A DNA stretch of 64,000 nucleotides from Mobula hypostoma (lineage: Eukaryota): the NCBI RefSeq assembly GCF_963921235.1, contig NC_086100.1, forward strand, positions 201,440,001-201,504,000. Reading direction: 5' to 3'. The notes beneath the pieces were generated by a model. That model did not search any database, had not been told where the DNA came from, and worked only from the letters and a program-made list of their open reading frames with translations. A program made the position numbers and the translations under genes. Shown here piece after piece: positions 37,857 to 51,694 of the stretch (its first letter is position 1; each line of letters opens with the position of its first letter).

Positions 37857-38453
37857 TGTTAAAGTCGAATCTGAATAAAACTCAGGAGACCAGCTTCTTA
37901 TCGTCACCACAGTTTATTGCGCATTCTCCTGCAGAAGTTTGAGACCCATTTGTCAAAGGGAAGGCACGTAAGCACTGCCACCCTCTGACAAGTGGGACTG
38001 ACTTCGTCAGGTTACAGCTGTATATTTATACATAGTAAGCCCTATACTTTACTATTGCAAGATGTTATTTGAATTGGTACGCCCACCAAGTCTGTTGGTG
38101 CAAAACTTCGTTACAGATAAGAGAGTCCACTGAATCAAGGTTTAATTACAGATGGATGTGCTGTCCAGTCCTTATCAGTTATTCCCCTTGCTAGGCCCTG
38201 ACTTAATTATAGATGGATATTCATACCTATCCTTATCGGTGAGTCCTTACTCAAACAATGGTACAATATATTATTTATCAAATTCTCAATGTCTCTCTGC
38301 CAATTAAAAGGGAACCAGTATAAGCCAGTTATTTTTAACTGCTGAAGACAGAGTTTACTTCAGTTCAAAAAATTCCTGTTCAGTCCCAATTATTCTTTTA
38401 GCCAGAGGTTACATAAGTTCAAAATTATATATATATATTCTCAATTCCTCAAC
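37857..38453 (-). repeat. ERV 5' LTR
   Basis: On the minus strand: TATAAA (about 38030), then AATAAA (about 37918), ending ...tttaaCA, then the PBS. U3 has an imperfect direct repeat at about 38142 and 38203. Confidence 0.82.
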
Positions 38454-38454
38454 C

Positions 38455-39380
38455 CTAAGATCCCTCTGATCCTCCACACTACCAGGAGTCTAACCATTAA
38501 TACTACATTCTGTCATCATATTTGACCTACCAAAATGAACCACCTCACACTTATCTGGGTTGAACTCCATCTACCACTTCTCAGCCCAGTTTTGCATCCT
38601 ATCAATGTCCCGCTGTAACCTCTGACAGCCCTCCAAACTATCCACAACACCCCCAACCTTTGTGTCATCAGCAAATTTGTGAACCCATCCCTCCCCTTCT
38701 TCATCCAGGTCACCTAAAGAAATTACGAAGAGATCCCTGAGGCACACCACTGGTGACTGACCTTCATGCAGAATATGACCTGTCTACAACCACTCTTTGC
38801 CTTCTGTGGGCAAGCCTGTTCTGGATCCACAAAGCAAGGTCCCCTTGGATCCCATGCCTCCATACTTTCTCAATAAGCCTTGCATAGGGTACCTTATCAA
38901 ATACCTTGCTGAAATCCATATACACTACATCTACTGCTCTTCCTTCATCAATGTGTTTAGTCACATCCTCAAAAAATTCAATCAGGCTTGTAAGGCACGA
39001 CCTGTCTTTGACAAAGCCATGCTGACGATTCCTAATCTTATTATGCCTCTCCAAATGTTCATAAATCCTGCTTCTCAGGATCTTTTCCATCAACTTACAA
39101 ATCACTGAAGTAAGACTCACTGGTCTATAATTTCCTGGGCTATCTCTACTCCCTTTCTTGAATAATGGAACAACATCCACAACCCTCCAATCCTCCGGAA
39201 CCTCTCCGGTCCCCATTGTTGATGCAAAGATCATTGCCAAAGGCTCAGCAATCTCCTCCCTCGCCTCCCACAGTAGCCTGGGGTACATCTCGTCCAGTCC
39301 CCGTGACTTATCCAACTTGATGCATTCCAAAAGCTACTACACTTCATCTTTCTTAATATCTACATGCTCAAGCTTTTAAT
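38455..39380 (-). mobile_element. CR1 RT fragment abutting the ERV LTR
   Basis: PGNYRPVSLTSV, QHGFVK, YMDFSKVFDKV. Confidence 0.93.
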
Positions 39381-40579
39381 ATCTACATGCTCAAGCCATC
39401 AAGTCTCTTAGTGGCCTCTCTCACTAGTCCCCTTACACAGTCACTCAGTTTTTGAGGATGGCCTGCTCTAGGCAGATTTATAACTGTGTCATACTCTTTC
39501 CATTTCTTGATGATTGACTTAACTGTACTCCAAGGGATATTCAGTGACTTGGAAATTTTCTTGTGTCCATCTCCTAACTTGTGCTTTTCAATAACCTTTT
39601 TGTGGAGGTGTTTGTAGTGATCCTTTATCATCATGGTGTAATTTTTGCCAGGATACTGACTCACCCACAGTTGGACCTTACAAGTGTATTTTTACTACAA
39701 TCAGTTGAAACAACTTGACTGCACACACGTCTCCAAAAACAAATCTCCATTTAATTAATTATGTGACTCCTAAAACCAGTTGGCTGCACCAGTGATGGTT
39801 TGGTGTGTCATATTAAAAGGGGCGAATAGTTATACAATTATTTATTTTGTGTTTTATATTTGTAATTAATTCAGATCTCTTTGTAGAGTTCTGTTTTCAC
39901 TTTGACATGAAAGAATCTTTTTTCTTTTGAACAGTGTCAAAAAAGCCAAATTAAATCCACTGTAATTCAGTGTTGTAAAACAAAACATGAAAACTTCCAA
40001 GGGGAGTGAATACTTTTTATAGGCACTGCATTAGCAACAAGAGGGAAGCTGTATTCACCAATGAGAGGGACATGGATGATAATGAAAACAGTGAGGGCTA
40101 TGTTGGTATTAACAAAGACGAGGAATTGGGTCACTTCAGAAATTTTACTGTGTTTAAGTTCTAAGTGCCTGCTGGGATCTGTGCCAGGATACTGAAGAAG
40201 GCAGAGGTGGAGACTGCTGGAGTCTTGACAGAGTTCTTTGTATCTTCTTCAGCCTCTGTCAAGGTCCCAGAAAGTTCAAAGTAAATTTATTATCAAAGTA
40301 CATATTTGTCACCATTTACAGCCCTGTGAGTCACAATAAATACAAAGAGACACAATAGAATCAATGAAAAACTGCAATCAAAAGAATGGATAAACAACAA
40401 TGTGCAAGGTAACCAAATGTGCAAATACAAAAAGAGAAAATAATAATAAATAAATAAATAATCAAATAAATAAATTTGTTGAGCTGATTATGGATTTTGC
40501 AGCTGACACAAAAATTGTCAGAAGTGTAGATGATGACAACAGCTGTGTTGTCAGAGCTGTAGCCGTAGTAGGTGTAGGC

Positions 40580-42670
40580 AAGTGATCATAATATGATCAG
40601 ATTCACCTCGAATTTTGAGAAGGAGAAGCTAAAGTCAGATGTATCAGTATTTCATTTGAGGAAGGGGAATTACAAAGGTATGAAAGAGGAGTTGGCTAGA
40701 ATTGACTGGAAATTAACACTGGCAGGGATGACAGCAGAGCAGCAATGGCTGGAATTTCTGAAGCAATTCAGAAGGCACAGGATATGTACATCCGAAGAGG
40801 AAGAAGTATTCTGTAGGCAAGATGATACAACTGTGGCTAACAAAAGTATTTAAAGCCAACATAAAAGTCAAAGAGAGGACATATCATTGAGCAAAAATTA
40901 GTGGGAAGTGAGAGAATTGGGAAGCTTTTAAATACCAACAGAAGGCAACTAAGAAATGTTATTAAGGAAAAAATGAAATACGAAACTAAGCAAGCCAATA
41001 ATATTAAAGAGGATACCAAAGGTTTCTTCAGATGCATAAAATGTAAAAGAGAGGTGAGAGTGGATATCAGACCACTGGAAACGATGCTGAGGAGGAGTAA
41101 TGGGGGACAAGGCAATGGTATACCAACTGTAACAGTCTTCACTGTAAAAGACACTAGCAGTATGATAGAAGTGTGTGAATTTATTAGGCAGAAGGTCCTT
41201 GGGAAACTGAATAGTAGATTAGTCATCTGGACCAAATGTTGTACACCCCAGGGTTCTAAAAGAGATGGCTGAAGAGATCATGGAGGCATTAGGAATGATC
41301 TTTCAAGAATCACTAGATTCTGGAATGATTCTGGAAGACTGGAAAATTGCAAATATCATTCCACTCTTCAAGAAGGGAGAAAGGCAGAAAAAAATAAATT
41401 ATAGGCCATTTAATCTGATCTCAGTGATTGGGTAGATGTTGGAGTCGGATGTTAACGATGTGGTTTTGGGGTACTTGGAAGCACATGATAAAATAGGCCA
41501 TGGTCAGCATGATTTCCTCAAGGGAAAATCTTGCCTGACAAATCTGTTGGAATTTGAAGAAATAACAAGTATGATAGACAAAGGAGAATCAGTTGATACT
41601 CTGTACTTGGATGTTCTGAAGGCCTTTGACAAGGTGCCACACATGAGGCTGCTTAACAAGTTACAGGAAAGATTCTAGCATGGATAAGGTAGTGGTTGAT
41701 CGATGGGAGGCAAAGAGTGGGAATAAAGGGAGGCCTTTCTGGTTGGCTGCCGATGACCAATGGTGTTCCACTGGGATCTTTGTTGGGACTGATTCTTTTA
41801 CGTCATATGTCATTGATTTGGATGATGGAGTTGATGGCATTGTTGCAAAGTTTACAAACATTGCAAAGATAGGTGGAGGGGCTGGTAGTTTTGAGGATGT
41901 ACAGAGGCTGCAGAAGGACTTAGATTAGAAGAATGAGCAAAGAAGTGGCAGATAGAATACAGGGAAGGGAAGTAAATGGTCATACACTTTGGCAGAAGAA
42001 ACAAAAGGGCTGACTATTTTCTAAATGGAAAGAAAATACAAAAAACTGAGACGCAAAGGGACTTGGGAGTCCTTGTGCAAGATTTTCCAAATGTTAATTT
42101 TCAGTTAGAGTCTCTGGTGAGGAAGGCAAATGCACTGTTAGCATTCACCTTAGAGGACTAGAATATAAAAGGGAGGATGTAATGTTTAATCTTTATTAAG
42201 CAATGGTGATTCCTCACTTGGAGTATTGTGAGCAGATTGGGCCCTTTAGAAAGGATGTGCTGAAACTGGGGAGGGTTCAAAAGAGGTTAACGAAAATGAT
42301 TCCACAATTAAACGGCTTGTCATATGAAGTGCGTTTGATCGCTCTGGGCCTGTATTCACTAGAACTTAGAAGTATAAGGGGTGACCTCATAGAAACCTAT
42401 CGAGTGGCTAAAGGCCTTGGTAGAGTGGATATGAAGAGGATGTTTCCTATGGCGGGAGAGTCTTAAGACAAGACAACACAGCCTCTGCATAGAGAGGCAT
42501 CTGTTTAGAATGTAGATGAGGAAGAATTTCTTTTGCCAGAGAGTGGTGAATCTATAGAACTTGTTGCCACGGGTTGCTGTGGAGGCCAATTCTGTATGTA
42601 TATTTAAGTCAGAGGTTGATAGATTGGCCCAAATGGCCTAAATCTGCTCCTAAGTCTGTGTTTTATGGTG
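40580..42670 (+). mobile_element. Degenerate CR1 ORF2
   Basis: KSCLTNLLEF, KAFDKVPH, PHLEYCEQ, RGDLIETY. Confidence 0.9.
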
Positions 42671-43084
42671 ACAAAAGTTGTAAGAGATTGTCAAAGAAGG
42701 GAGATCAGTTGGAAATTTGGTCAGAGAAATGGTAGATAGAGTTAAATCAAGTATAAGGTGTTGTATCTTGGCAGGTTAAATGAGAACATAGATCAATGCA
42801 ACATAGGACCGACCCCCCCCCCCGCAATAGATGCCTACACCGAATATGATGCCAATTTAAACAAGACCTCCTGTGCCTGTACGTGAGCCATTTCCCTCCA
42901 ATCCCTGCATAATCATGTGTCTATTCAATGCTTGGCCACCTGTTCAAGGCACCTACCACTTCCCGTAAAAAAAAAGCGATCTTGCCCCACACATCTTCTT
43001 TAAACTTTCAACTCTCTCCTTAAAAGAATGAAGTCTATTATTGTTAAAATACAAATGAACTGCAGAGAATAATCCAAATGACTG

Positions 43085-44282
43085 AATGATGAAGGTAGAG
43101 CAGTAGATATAGTGTATATGGAGTTCAGCAAGGCATTTGATAAGATACCCCATGCAAGGCTTATTGAGAAAGTATGGAGGCAATGGATCCAAGGGGACAT
43201 TGCTTTGTGGATCCAGAACTGTCTTGCCCATAGAAGGCAAAGAGTGGTTGTAGACGGGTCATATTCTGCATGGAGGTCGGTGACCAGTGGTGTGCCTCAG
43301 GGATCTGTTCTGGGACCCCTACTCTTAGTGATTTTTATAAATGACCTGGATAAGGAAGTGGAGGGATGGGTTCGTAAATTTGCTGATGACACAAAGGTTG
43401 GAGGTGTTGTGGATAGTGTGGAGGGCTGTCAGAGGTTACAGTGGGACATTGATAGGATGCAAAACTGGGCTGAGAAGTGGCAGATGGAGTTCAATAAGTG
43501 TGAGGTGGTTCATTTTGGTAAGTCAAATATGATGGCACAATATAGTATTAATGGTAAGACTCTTAGCAGTGTGGAGGATCAGAGGGATCTTGGGGTCCGA
43601 GTCCATAGGACACTCAAAGCTGCTTTGCAGGTTGACTCTGTGGATAAGAAAGAATACGATGTATTGGCCTTCATCAATCGTGGGATTTAGTTTAAGAGCC
43701 GAGAGGTAATTTTGCAGCTCTATAGGACCCTGGTCAGACCCCACTTGGAGTACTGTGCTCAGCTTGGGTCACCTCACTACAGGAAGGATGTGGAAACCAT
43801 AGAAAGGGTGCAGAGGAGACTTACAAGGATTTTGCCTGCATTGGAGAGCATGCCTTACGAGAATAGGTTGAGTGAATTCAGCCTTTTCTCCTTGGAGTGA
43901 GGAGGATGAGAGGTGACCTGATAGAGGTGTGTAAGATGATAAGAGGCATTGATCGTGCGGATAGTCAGAGGGTTTTTTCCAGGGCTGAAATGGCTAGCAC
44001 GAGAGGGCACAGTTTTAAGGTGCTTGGAAGCAGGTACGGAGGAGTTGTCAGGGTAAGTTTTTTACTCAGAGTGGTGAGTGCGTGGAATGGGCTGCCGGCG
44101 ATGGTGGTGGAGCCGGATATGATAGGGTCTTTTAAGAGACTCCTGGATAGGTATATGGAGCTTAGAAAAATAGAGGGCTATGGGTAACCCTAGGTAATTT
44201 CTAAATTAAGGTAGATGTTCGACTTAGCATTGTCGCCAAAGGACCTGTATTGTGCTGTAGATTTTCTGTGTTTCTATGTTTC
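43085..44282 (+). mobile_element. CR1 3' fragment
   Basis: SGVPQGSVLGP, KFADDTK, LVRPHLEYC, tail tttctatgttt. Confidence 0.94.
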
Positions 44283-44318
44283 AAATCAGACCTCACTATC
44301 ATCTTACACACTTCAATA

Positions 44319-45412
44319 TCTATATACTACTAAAATTCTCATGCTCTGTCTGCCTGTTTGTGACCTCCAATTAGCGCAAACGGTGCATTACAGCGGCACA
44401 TTTTTTGGCTAAATCGAATTAAGATGCGCTAACTTACAGAATGCAGGCAAAGTTCAGGGTTATATATTCGTATAAAATTGCTCATTTGCCAAAATAAACA
44501 GGGCTTCCTTTTAACCCGGGAGCCAATCCGCCATCATGGAAATCGGGACGCAACAGCCCGACGCATGAGCACGGCCAGCCTCAGCAGCAACACCTACCGG
44601 AGCAAAAGGGCAGGGCAGCTCTATTTCGAGGAGTTGCATTCTGCTAATCACCATCAGCATGTGCAGGATTGGGACAGATCTAACTGCCACCCATCAATAA
44701 GAAATAATTAAATCTTATTGTAATGACGTACTTCGCGACACCCATAAGACCCTTTGCTGCAGTCAAAGGACAGCGGTGACTATATCACGTCCATTTAGGG
44801 GAGCGCCAACCACATCATCAAGAATAATCAGCATCCTTTGGTGTTAGTGCTTCGTATCTTCTATCCAGCATTAGGGTAAAAAAAAATGTCAGCCTAATTA
44901 TGCCGCGTGGAAAAGGAAGGGGGACGTTATGGACAAGAAGTGACGCCAAACATTGTCGGGAAGCGGCAAGGAGAGGGAGAGAACAAGAATCGGATGAGGC
45001 CAGGGCCGCATGACTCCAGGATCAAAGAGTCAGGACAAAAAAAGATGAGAAAAGAAGAGACAGAGGAGGAGAGGCGTGCACATCTTCAGGATCAGAGACA
45101 AACAACAAACAGCAGAAAAGATGAAGAGATGGGGGTGAAAGGACTGCACGTCTCCAGAATGACAACGAGATGCACAAGGGTGGCAGATAAACCAGAAATG
45201 ATGCCATCAAAGGTGTCCTTCGTTAAATGAGGAACAGCTATATTTGCTTTGCTACGCGTCGTTCTTCTTTAATAAACTGAGGTTTTCTACTTCAGTTTCC
45301 ATAGCAAAGCGATACCAATAGCATTCAGGAAAATTTAATGTTCATTCTAGTCACATCAGACTGCACTACCCTTCTCTCAAAGGGTGCCCCAATGGGTCAC
45401 CCCATTGTCTAG
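44319..45412 (+). mobile_element. Non-autonomous Helitron, same family as 18648-20840
   Basis: A|TCtatatactac start. Hairpin caatggg-tcac-cccattg, then tCTAG|T. The first ~750 bp are collinear with the other copy, and there is no helicase. Confidence 0.92.
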
Positions 45413-45996
45413 TAACATTCTAACTCCTGTCTCAGTACTTTGATTTAGGAAGGCCACTGTGCCAAAAGCTCACTCTATGACCCTATCTACCTGTGATGCC
45501 ACTTCCAAGGAATTATGGATTTGTATTCCCAGATCCCTCTGTTCTACCATACACTTCAATGCAGTACCACTTCCTGTGTAGGACCTACCCTGGTCTGTCT
45601 TCCCCAAAGTGCAACACCGTACTTATCTGAATAAAATTCCATCTGCTACTTTTCAGCCCATTTTTCCAGCAGGCCCATATCCTGCTGCAAGCTTTGATAG
45701 TCTCCCTCACTATCCACTATGCCCCTAATCTGGGTGTCATCCACAAATTTGCTTTTAAGTTCCATTCAAAAGCTTGAATTTGTGCCAGTGAGGGAGGATG
45801 TGTGTTGCATAACTTGTGACATCCTTTAGTGCATATGTGATATGTCCACTGGAGAGGCTGGGTGTGGTTTCACCAGGAAATGATCAGTAGGACAATCCAA
45901 CCTGGTTAAAGTAGGCTTGACTGGGTTCAACAGACCTTCTGTAGTTATTGATAAAACTGTATTGTTGTAATTCCAATCATTTCTCTTTTCACATAG

Positions 45997-46089
45997 GATT
46001 GCATGGACCCCTGTTGTGTCGCCTCTGTGTGTAAACTTCGGCCCGGTGCCAAATGTGCATCAAGTGATATCTGCTGTCGAAACTGCAAA
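45997..46089 (+). CDS. ADAM15-like exon: disintegrin domain
   Basis: ttttcacatAG|...|GTaagt, 93 nt, phase 0 to 0. DCMDPCCVASVCKLRPGAKCASSDICCRNCK. Confidence 0.95.
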
Positions 46090-47134
46090 GTAAGTCTTTG
46101 ATTCTTCCTTTGCCACCATAATTATATAGATGGAAGGATTCCTTTACTTGGTTAATCTGCTGTCTGAAGTTTCATGAGTTGACAATTCACTGCCATAGTA
46201 GTCAACTATCAGATCTCCTAGCTGTACTCTGCAGCTGACTGCTAAAACCAAGACCATTGAATGTCTGCCTATCCTCCCAGTGTTGCTTGGTACAGATAAC
46301 AGAAATATTTGTACCTGTTGACTGAAAATAAGATTGTGTTCCTCTATTCTGATGTTCCAGTTATACATTTCATTCTCCCCATTATGTCCTTATGTGCAAA
46401 AGCTTGCAGGTTCCCCAGAATAGTACATTCAGCATCTCTGACAAGGAATGTCACCACTCATTCTCCTTCCCTCCAGAGCAGACAAGCCCAACCTACCTAG
46501 AACAAAAGACCTCCCATCCAGCCAACACCCGGGAAATTTCCTACACCCCATTTCAGTGCAAACATGAACTGCACAGAATATTTAATTTGCAGCCTAAGGA
46601 GTGTTTTGTAAATTAGCAACGTAATGTCCTGATTCTAATATTCAGTGTTCTGACCTCTGAAGCATACTGCTCTGTCAACATGTGTAGCCACTTTTGGAAA
46701 ACTATGGACCTGCACTCTTAAGTTTTCAGTGTTCATTAACACTCCCTGGAGCCCTGCCACTTACGCTGTACTGTTTGTCTTACTTGTACTTGGCTTCCCA
46801 AAATGCATCACCTTGCCCTTTATGGGATTAAATTCCATCTACCAATGATTTATGCAACTTTCCATCTGATCTGTATCCTGGTCCAGTCTTAGACAGCTTT
46901 CTTCACTTTCCAAAACACCACCAGTTTTCCAAGTCAACCATAATCTTGCTAATCACAGCCCAAGGCCCAACCCAACCAAAGGCCTGATCCATAGGCCTGT
47001 GACACCAGAGCCCAATGCCAAAGACCAACTGAATCAGAGGTCTGACCATACAGAACACCTGAGGCCCACAAGACACTCCTCACTTCACTTATATGACAGC
47101 CAACTCTACACCAGGACTCCCAGACCCAATTAGA

Positions 47135-50100
47135 AGACCATATGACATAGAAGCAAAATTAGGCCATTCAGACCATTGACTCTGCTCCACCATTCCATCA
47201 TGACTGATTTATTATTCTTCTCAAGCCTTCTTTCTGTAACTTTTGATGCTCTGACTAATCAAGAAACTGTCGACCTCCATTTTAAATATACTCAATGACT
47301 TGGCCTCCACAGTCACCCATGCCAATGAATTCTACAGATTCACTACCCTCTGGCTCAATAAATTTTTTTCTCATCTCTGTTCTAAATGGATGTCCCTCTA
47401 ATCTGAATCTGGACCTCTGGTCCTAGACACCCACGATAGGAAAATCTCTCCCTATATCCACTCTATCTGGACCTTCCAATATTCAATGAGATCTCCCCCC
47501 ATTCTTCTAAACTCCAGCAAGCACAGGCCAAAGCCATCAAGCTGCTCATGTGTTAACCCTCTCATTCCCTGAATCATTCTTGTGAATCTCTTCTGGATCC
47601 TCTCCAATGCCAGCACATCTTTTCTTAAATAATGAGCCCAAAACTCCGTGTAACCTGGCCAATGCCTTTTAGTTGAGGGCAGTTCATTGGCTATATTTAA
47701 GAGGGAGTTAGATATGGCCCTTGTGGCTAAAGGGATCAGGGAGTATGGAGAGAAGGCAGGTACAGGGTTCTGAGTTGGATGATCAGCCATGATCATAATA
47801 AATGGCGGTGCAGGCTCGAAGGGCTGAATAGCCTACTCCTGCACCTATTTTCTATGTTTCTAAAGCCTCAGCATTACATCTGTACTTTTGTATTCTAGTA
47901 TTCTCAAAATGAATGCTACCGTCACATAGAAACATAGAAAAACTACAGTACAATACAGGCCCTTCAGCCCACAATGCTGTGTGTACTTTCTTTAGAAATT
48001 ACCTAGGGTTACCCATAGCCCTCTATTTTTCTAAGCTCCATGTACCTATCCAGGAGCCTCTTAAAAGACCCTATCGTATCTGCCTCCACAACCATCGCCG
48101 GCAGCCCATTCCACGCACTCACCACTCTCTGAGTAAAAAACTTAACCACTGACATCTCCTCTGTACCTACTTCCAAGCACTTTAAAACTGTACCCTCTTA
48201 TGTTAGCCATTTCAGCCCTGGGAAAAAGCCTCTGACTATCCACACGATCAATGCCTCTTATCATCTTATACACTTCTATCAGGTCACCTCTCATCCTCCG
48301 TCGCTCCAAGGAGAAAAGGCTGAGTTCACTCAACCTATTCTCATAAAGCACACTCACCAATCCAGGCAACATCCTTGTAAATCTCCTCTGCACCCTTTCT
48401 ATGGTTTCCACATCCTTCCTGTAGCGAGGTGACCCGAACTGAGCACAGTACTCCAAGTGGGGTCTGATCAGGGTCCTATATAGCTGCAACATTACTTCTC
48501 CGCTTTTAAACTCAATCCCACAGTTGATGAAGGCCAATACACCATTGGCCTTCTTAACCACAGAGTCAACCTGCGCAGCAGCTTTGAGTGTCCTATGGAC
48601 TCGAACCCCAAGATCTGTCTGATCCACCACACTACCAAGAGTCTTACCATTAATACTATATTCTGCCATCATATTTGACCTACCAAAATGGACCACCTCA
48701 CACTTATCTGGGTTGAACTCCATCTGCCACTTCTCAGCCCAGTTTTGCATCCTATCAATGTCCTGCTGTAACCTCTGACAGCCCTCCACACTATCCACAA
48801 CACCCCCAACCTTTGTGTCATCAGCAAATTTACTAACCCATCCCTCCACTTCCTCATCCAGGTCATTTATAAAAATTCACATTTATCTTCCTTACCACCG
48901 ACTCTCCCTGCAAGTTAACTTTTAGAGAATCCTGCATGAGAACTCCTGAGTCTCTGGTCACCTCTGATTTATGTCCATAGACTTGGCCACAAAGCAATCA
49001 GTTCTGCCATTGACTCCTGTAGCACCCCACTAGCCACCGGCAGCCAACTAGAAAAAGCCTTCTTTATTCCCTCTCTTTGCCTCCTGCCAGAAAGCCAATC
49101 TTCTATGCATACTAGTACTGTTCCTGTAATACCATGGGCTCTTATCTTGTTTAGTAGCCTCATGTGCAGCACCTTGTCACAAACCTTCTGAAAATCCAAA
49201 TGAACAACATTCACTGACTCTCCTTTATCTATCCTGCCTGTTAGTTCCTCAAAGAATTCCAACGGATTTGTCAGGCATGATCTCCTCTTTAGAAAACCAT
49301 GCTGATTTTGGCCTAGTTTATCATGTGCCTCCAAGTACTCTGAAACCTCCATGATAATAGTCTCCAACAACTTACCAACCACTGAAGTCAGGTTAACTGC
49401 CCTATAATTTCCTTCCTTCTACCTCCCTCCATTCTTAAAGAGTGGAGTGACATTTGCAATTTTCCACTCCTCCAGAACAATGCCAGGATCTACTGATTAT
49501 TAAAAGATCATTACTAATGCCTCCACAATCTCTTCAGCTACCTTTCAAATCTTGGTGACTTATCTACCCTCAGACTTTTCAGCTTAACAAGCACCTTCTC
49601 CTTAGTATTACAAACTATACTCACTTATGCCCCCTCACACTCTCACATTTCTGGCATCCTTCTAGTATCTTCCACTTATTAAGTTCATCCGGTATTCCTT
49701 TGCTCCACCATTACTACGTTTCCAGTGGTCTGATATGCAGTCTCTCATCTCTCTTTTACTCTTTATATATCTGAAAAAACTCTTTCTATCATCTTTTATA
49801 TTACTAGCTAGCTTATCTTCATATTTCAGCTTTTCTCTTTAGGGCTTTTTTCGTTGCTTTCTGTTGGTTTTTGAAGCTTCCTAATCATCTACTTTTCCAT
49901 TCATTTTTGCCATATTATATGACTTCTCTTTAGCTTTTATGCTGTCTTTGACTTCCCTTGTCAATCACGGTTGCTTCACCCTCCCTTTAGAATAATTCTT
50001 TCATCTATCCTGAGCCTTCTGAATTTCACCTTAAAACATCAGCTATTATGTTCTGTCGTTTTCCCTGTTAGTGTCCCCTTCCGATTATTTTTGACCAGCG

Positions 50101-51170
50101 CCTCTCTAATGCCTCTGTAATTCCCTTTACTTCACTATAGCACTGATACATCTGATTTTAGCTTCCCCTTTCAAACTACAGGGTGAATTCAGGCATATTA
50201 TGATCATTTTCTCCTTAGGGTTCTTTTACCTTTAGCTCCCTAATCAAAATCAGGGTCATTACATAACACTCAATCCAGATTAGTCATTCCCCTTGTGGGC
50301 TCAACCACGAGCTGCACTAAAAAGTCACCTCATAGGCATTCTAGAAATTCCCCCACTTGGAACCTGGTGCCAACCTAATTTTCCCAATCTACCTGTATAT
50401 TGAAATCCCCCGTGACTATTGTAACGTTGTCCTTTTGGCATGCATTTGTATCTCCCATTATAATTTGTAGACCAAATCTTTACTACAGTTTGGGGGTCTG
50501 TATAGGACTCCCATCAGGGTCTTTTTCTCTGGGTCTGTACACAATGATTGAACATCTTCCAACCCTGTGTCACCTCCTTCTAATGATTTGATTTCATTTT
50601 TTACCAATGGAGCCACCCCACCCCCTCAGCTTACCTGCTTGTCCTTTCAATAGAATCCTAGATCCAACCAGGATCTTCTTTCAGTGATGACTCAGAAATG
50701 TCCACATCATACGTGCTAATCTCTAACTGCACTACAAGATCATCTATCTTATCCTGTATACTGCGTGCATCCAAATATAACACCTTCAGTCCTGTATTCA
50801 TCACCCTTTTTGATTTTGGTCCTCTATTACATTTTAATTCATCCACTGACTGCAGTTTTGTCCTGTCATTGCCTGCCCTTCCTGATAGTCTCACTACACA
50901 CTGCATCTAGTTGTAAATTAACTGCTCCACCCTCAGCCCCATCACTCCAGTTTCCATTACCCTGCCAAATTAGTTTAAACCTTCCCCAGCAGCTCTAGTG
51001 TACCTGCGTACAAGGATATTGGTCCCCCTCAGGTTCAGGTGTAACCCATCCTTTTCTGTACTTGTCATGCCTTCCCCAGAAGAGATCGCAGTGATCCAGA
51101 AGTCTGAAGTCTTGCCCCCTGAACCAATTCTCAGCCATGCATTCATCTGCCAAATCATCCTATTTAGCAA
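47135..51170 (-). mobile_element. Long degenerate CR1 with nested CR1 copies (about 47672-47862 on +, about 47925-48880 on -)
   Basis: ORF1 end KDGLHLNLRGTNIL, endonuclease LKVLYLDARSI, RT QHGFLK. Nested ORF 48142-48849 has KFADDTK...RPHLEYC. Confidence 0.9.
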
Positions 51171-51694
51171 AGGCACCATAAAGCCAAACCCATTATAAGA
51201 GTATCCCCGGGGGGTTCTCGGGGGAGAACTTGAAGTGCGCGCACTCAACGCAATGACAGAATGACAAGGCAATGTTTGTGTATGTAAATGTGTACGTGTA
51301 CGGAGTGCAGAGACCGAGCGCTTTCTGTCACATTGCTAAGCCATGAGCTGCCACAGGCTCAATGGGTGAAGTGGTGATCCCTAATGTTATGACAAATCTA
51401 TCATATTACCTTCTATCTGAATAAAATTGTTTGGATGAACATAATCACTCACTCATTGATACACAGTATTAACAATAAATGTGATTTCAAATACGCAGTT
51501 TTTAAAAAGAAGTAGATATATTAATTGAGAAAAGTTTTCAGCAGTTATAATTGGATTTGAGTCAGAAGGTTGGACACTGTAATTGTAACTATTAGTTATT
51601 TTTAATTTTTAATTACCTTTAATTTTGAACTGTTCCAATAAAAATTGCTGTTACTAATTTGTGATTAAGATTAATGTGCTTTTATAAATTACAG

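Larger units (their letters stand above)
29078..38453 (-). mobile_element. Defective class I (gamma/epsilon-like) endogenous retrovirus: 5'LTR-PBS-gag-pro-2H-(RT deleted)-RNaseH-IN, 3' end missing
   Basis: Domain order read on the minus strand. Details are in the component features. Confidence 0.9.
27291..40028 (-). mobile_element. Tc1/mariner transposon split by about 12 kb of nested insertions
   Basis: TIRs cagtgcctataaaaagtattcactcccc (27291, preceded by TA) and ggggagtgaatactttttataggcactg (ending 40028). Paired-like HTH remnant KKISKSLNIPWSTVKSIIKKWKEY...LPRAGHPQKLS at 39383-39664. Confidence 0.88.
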
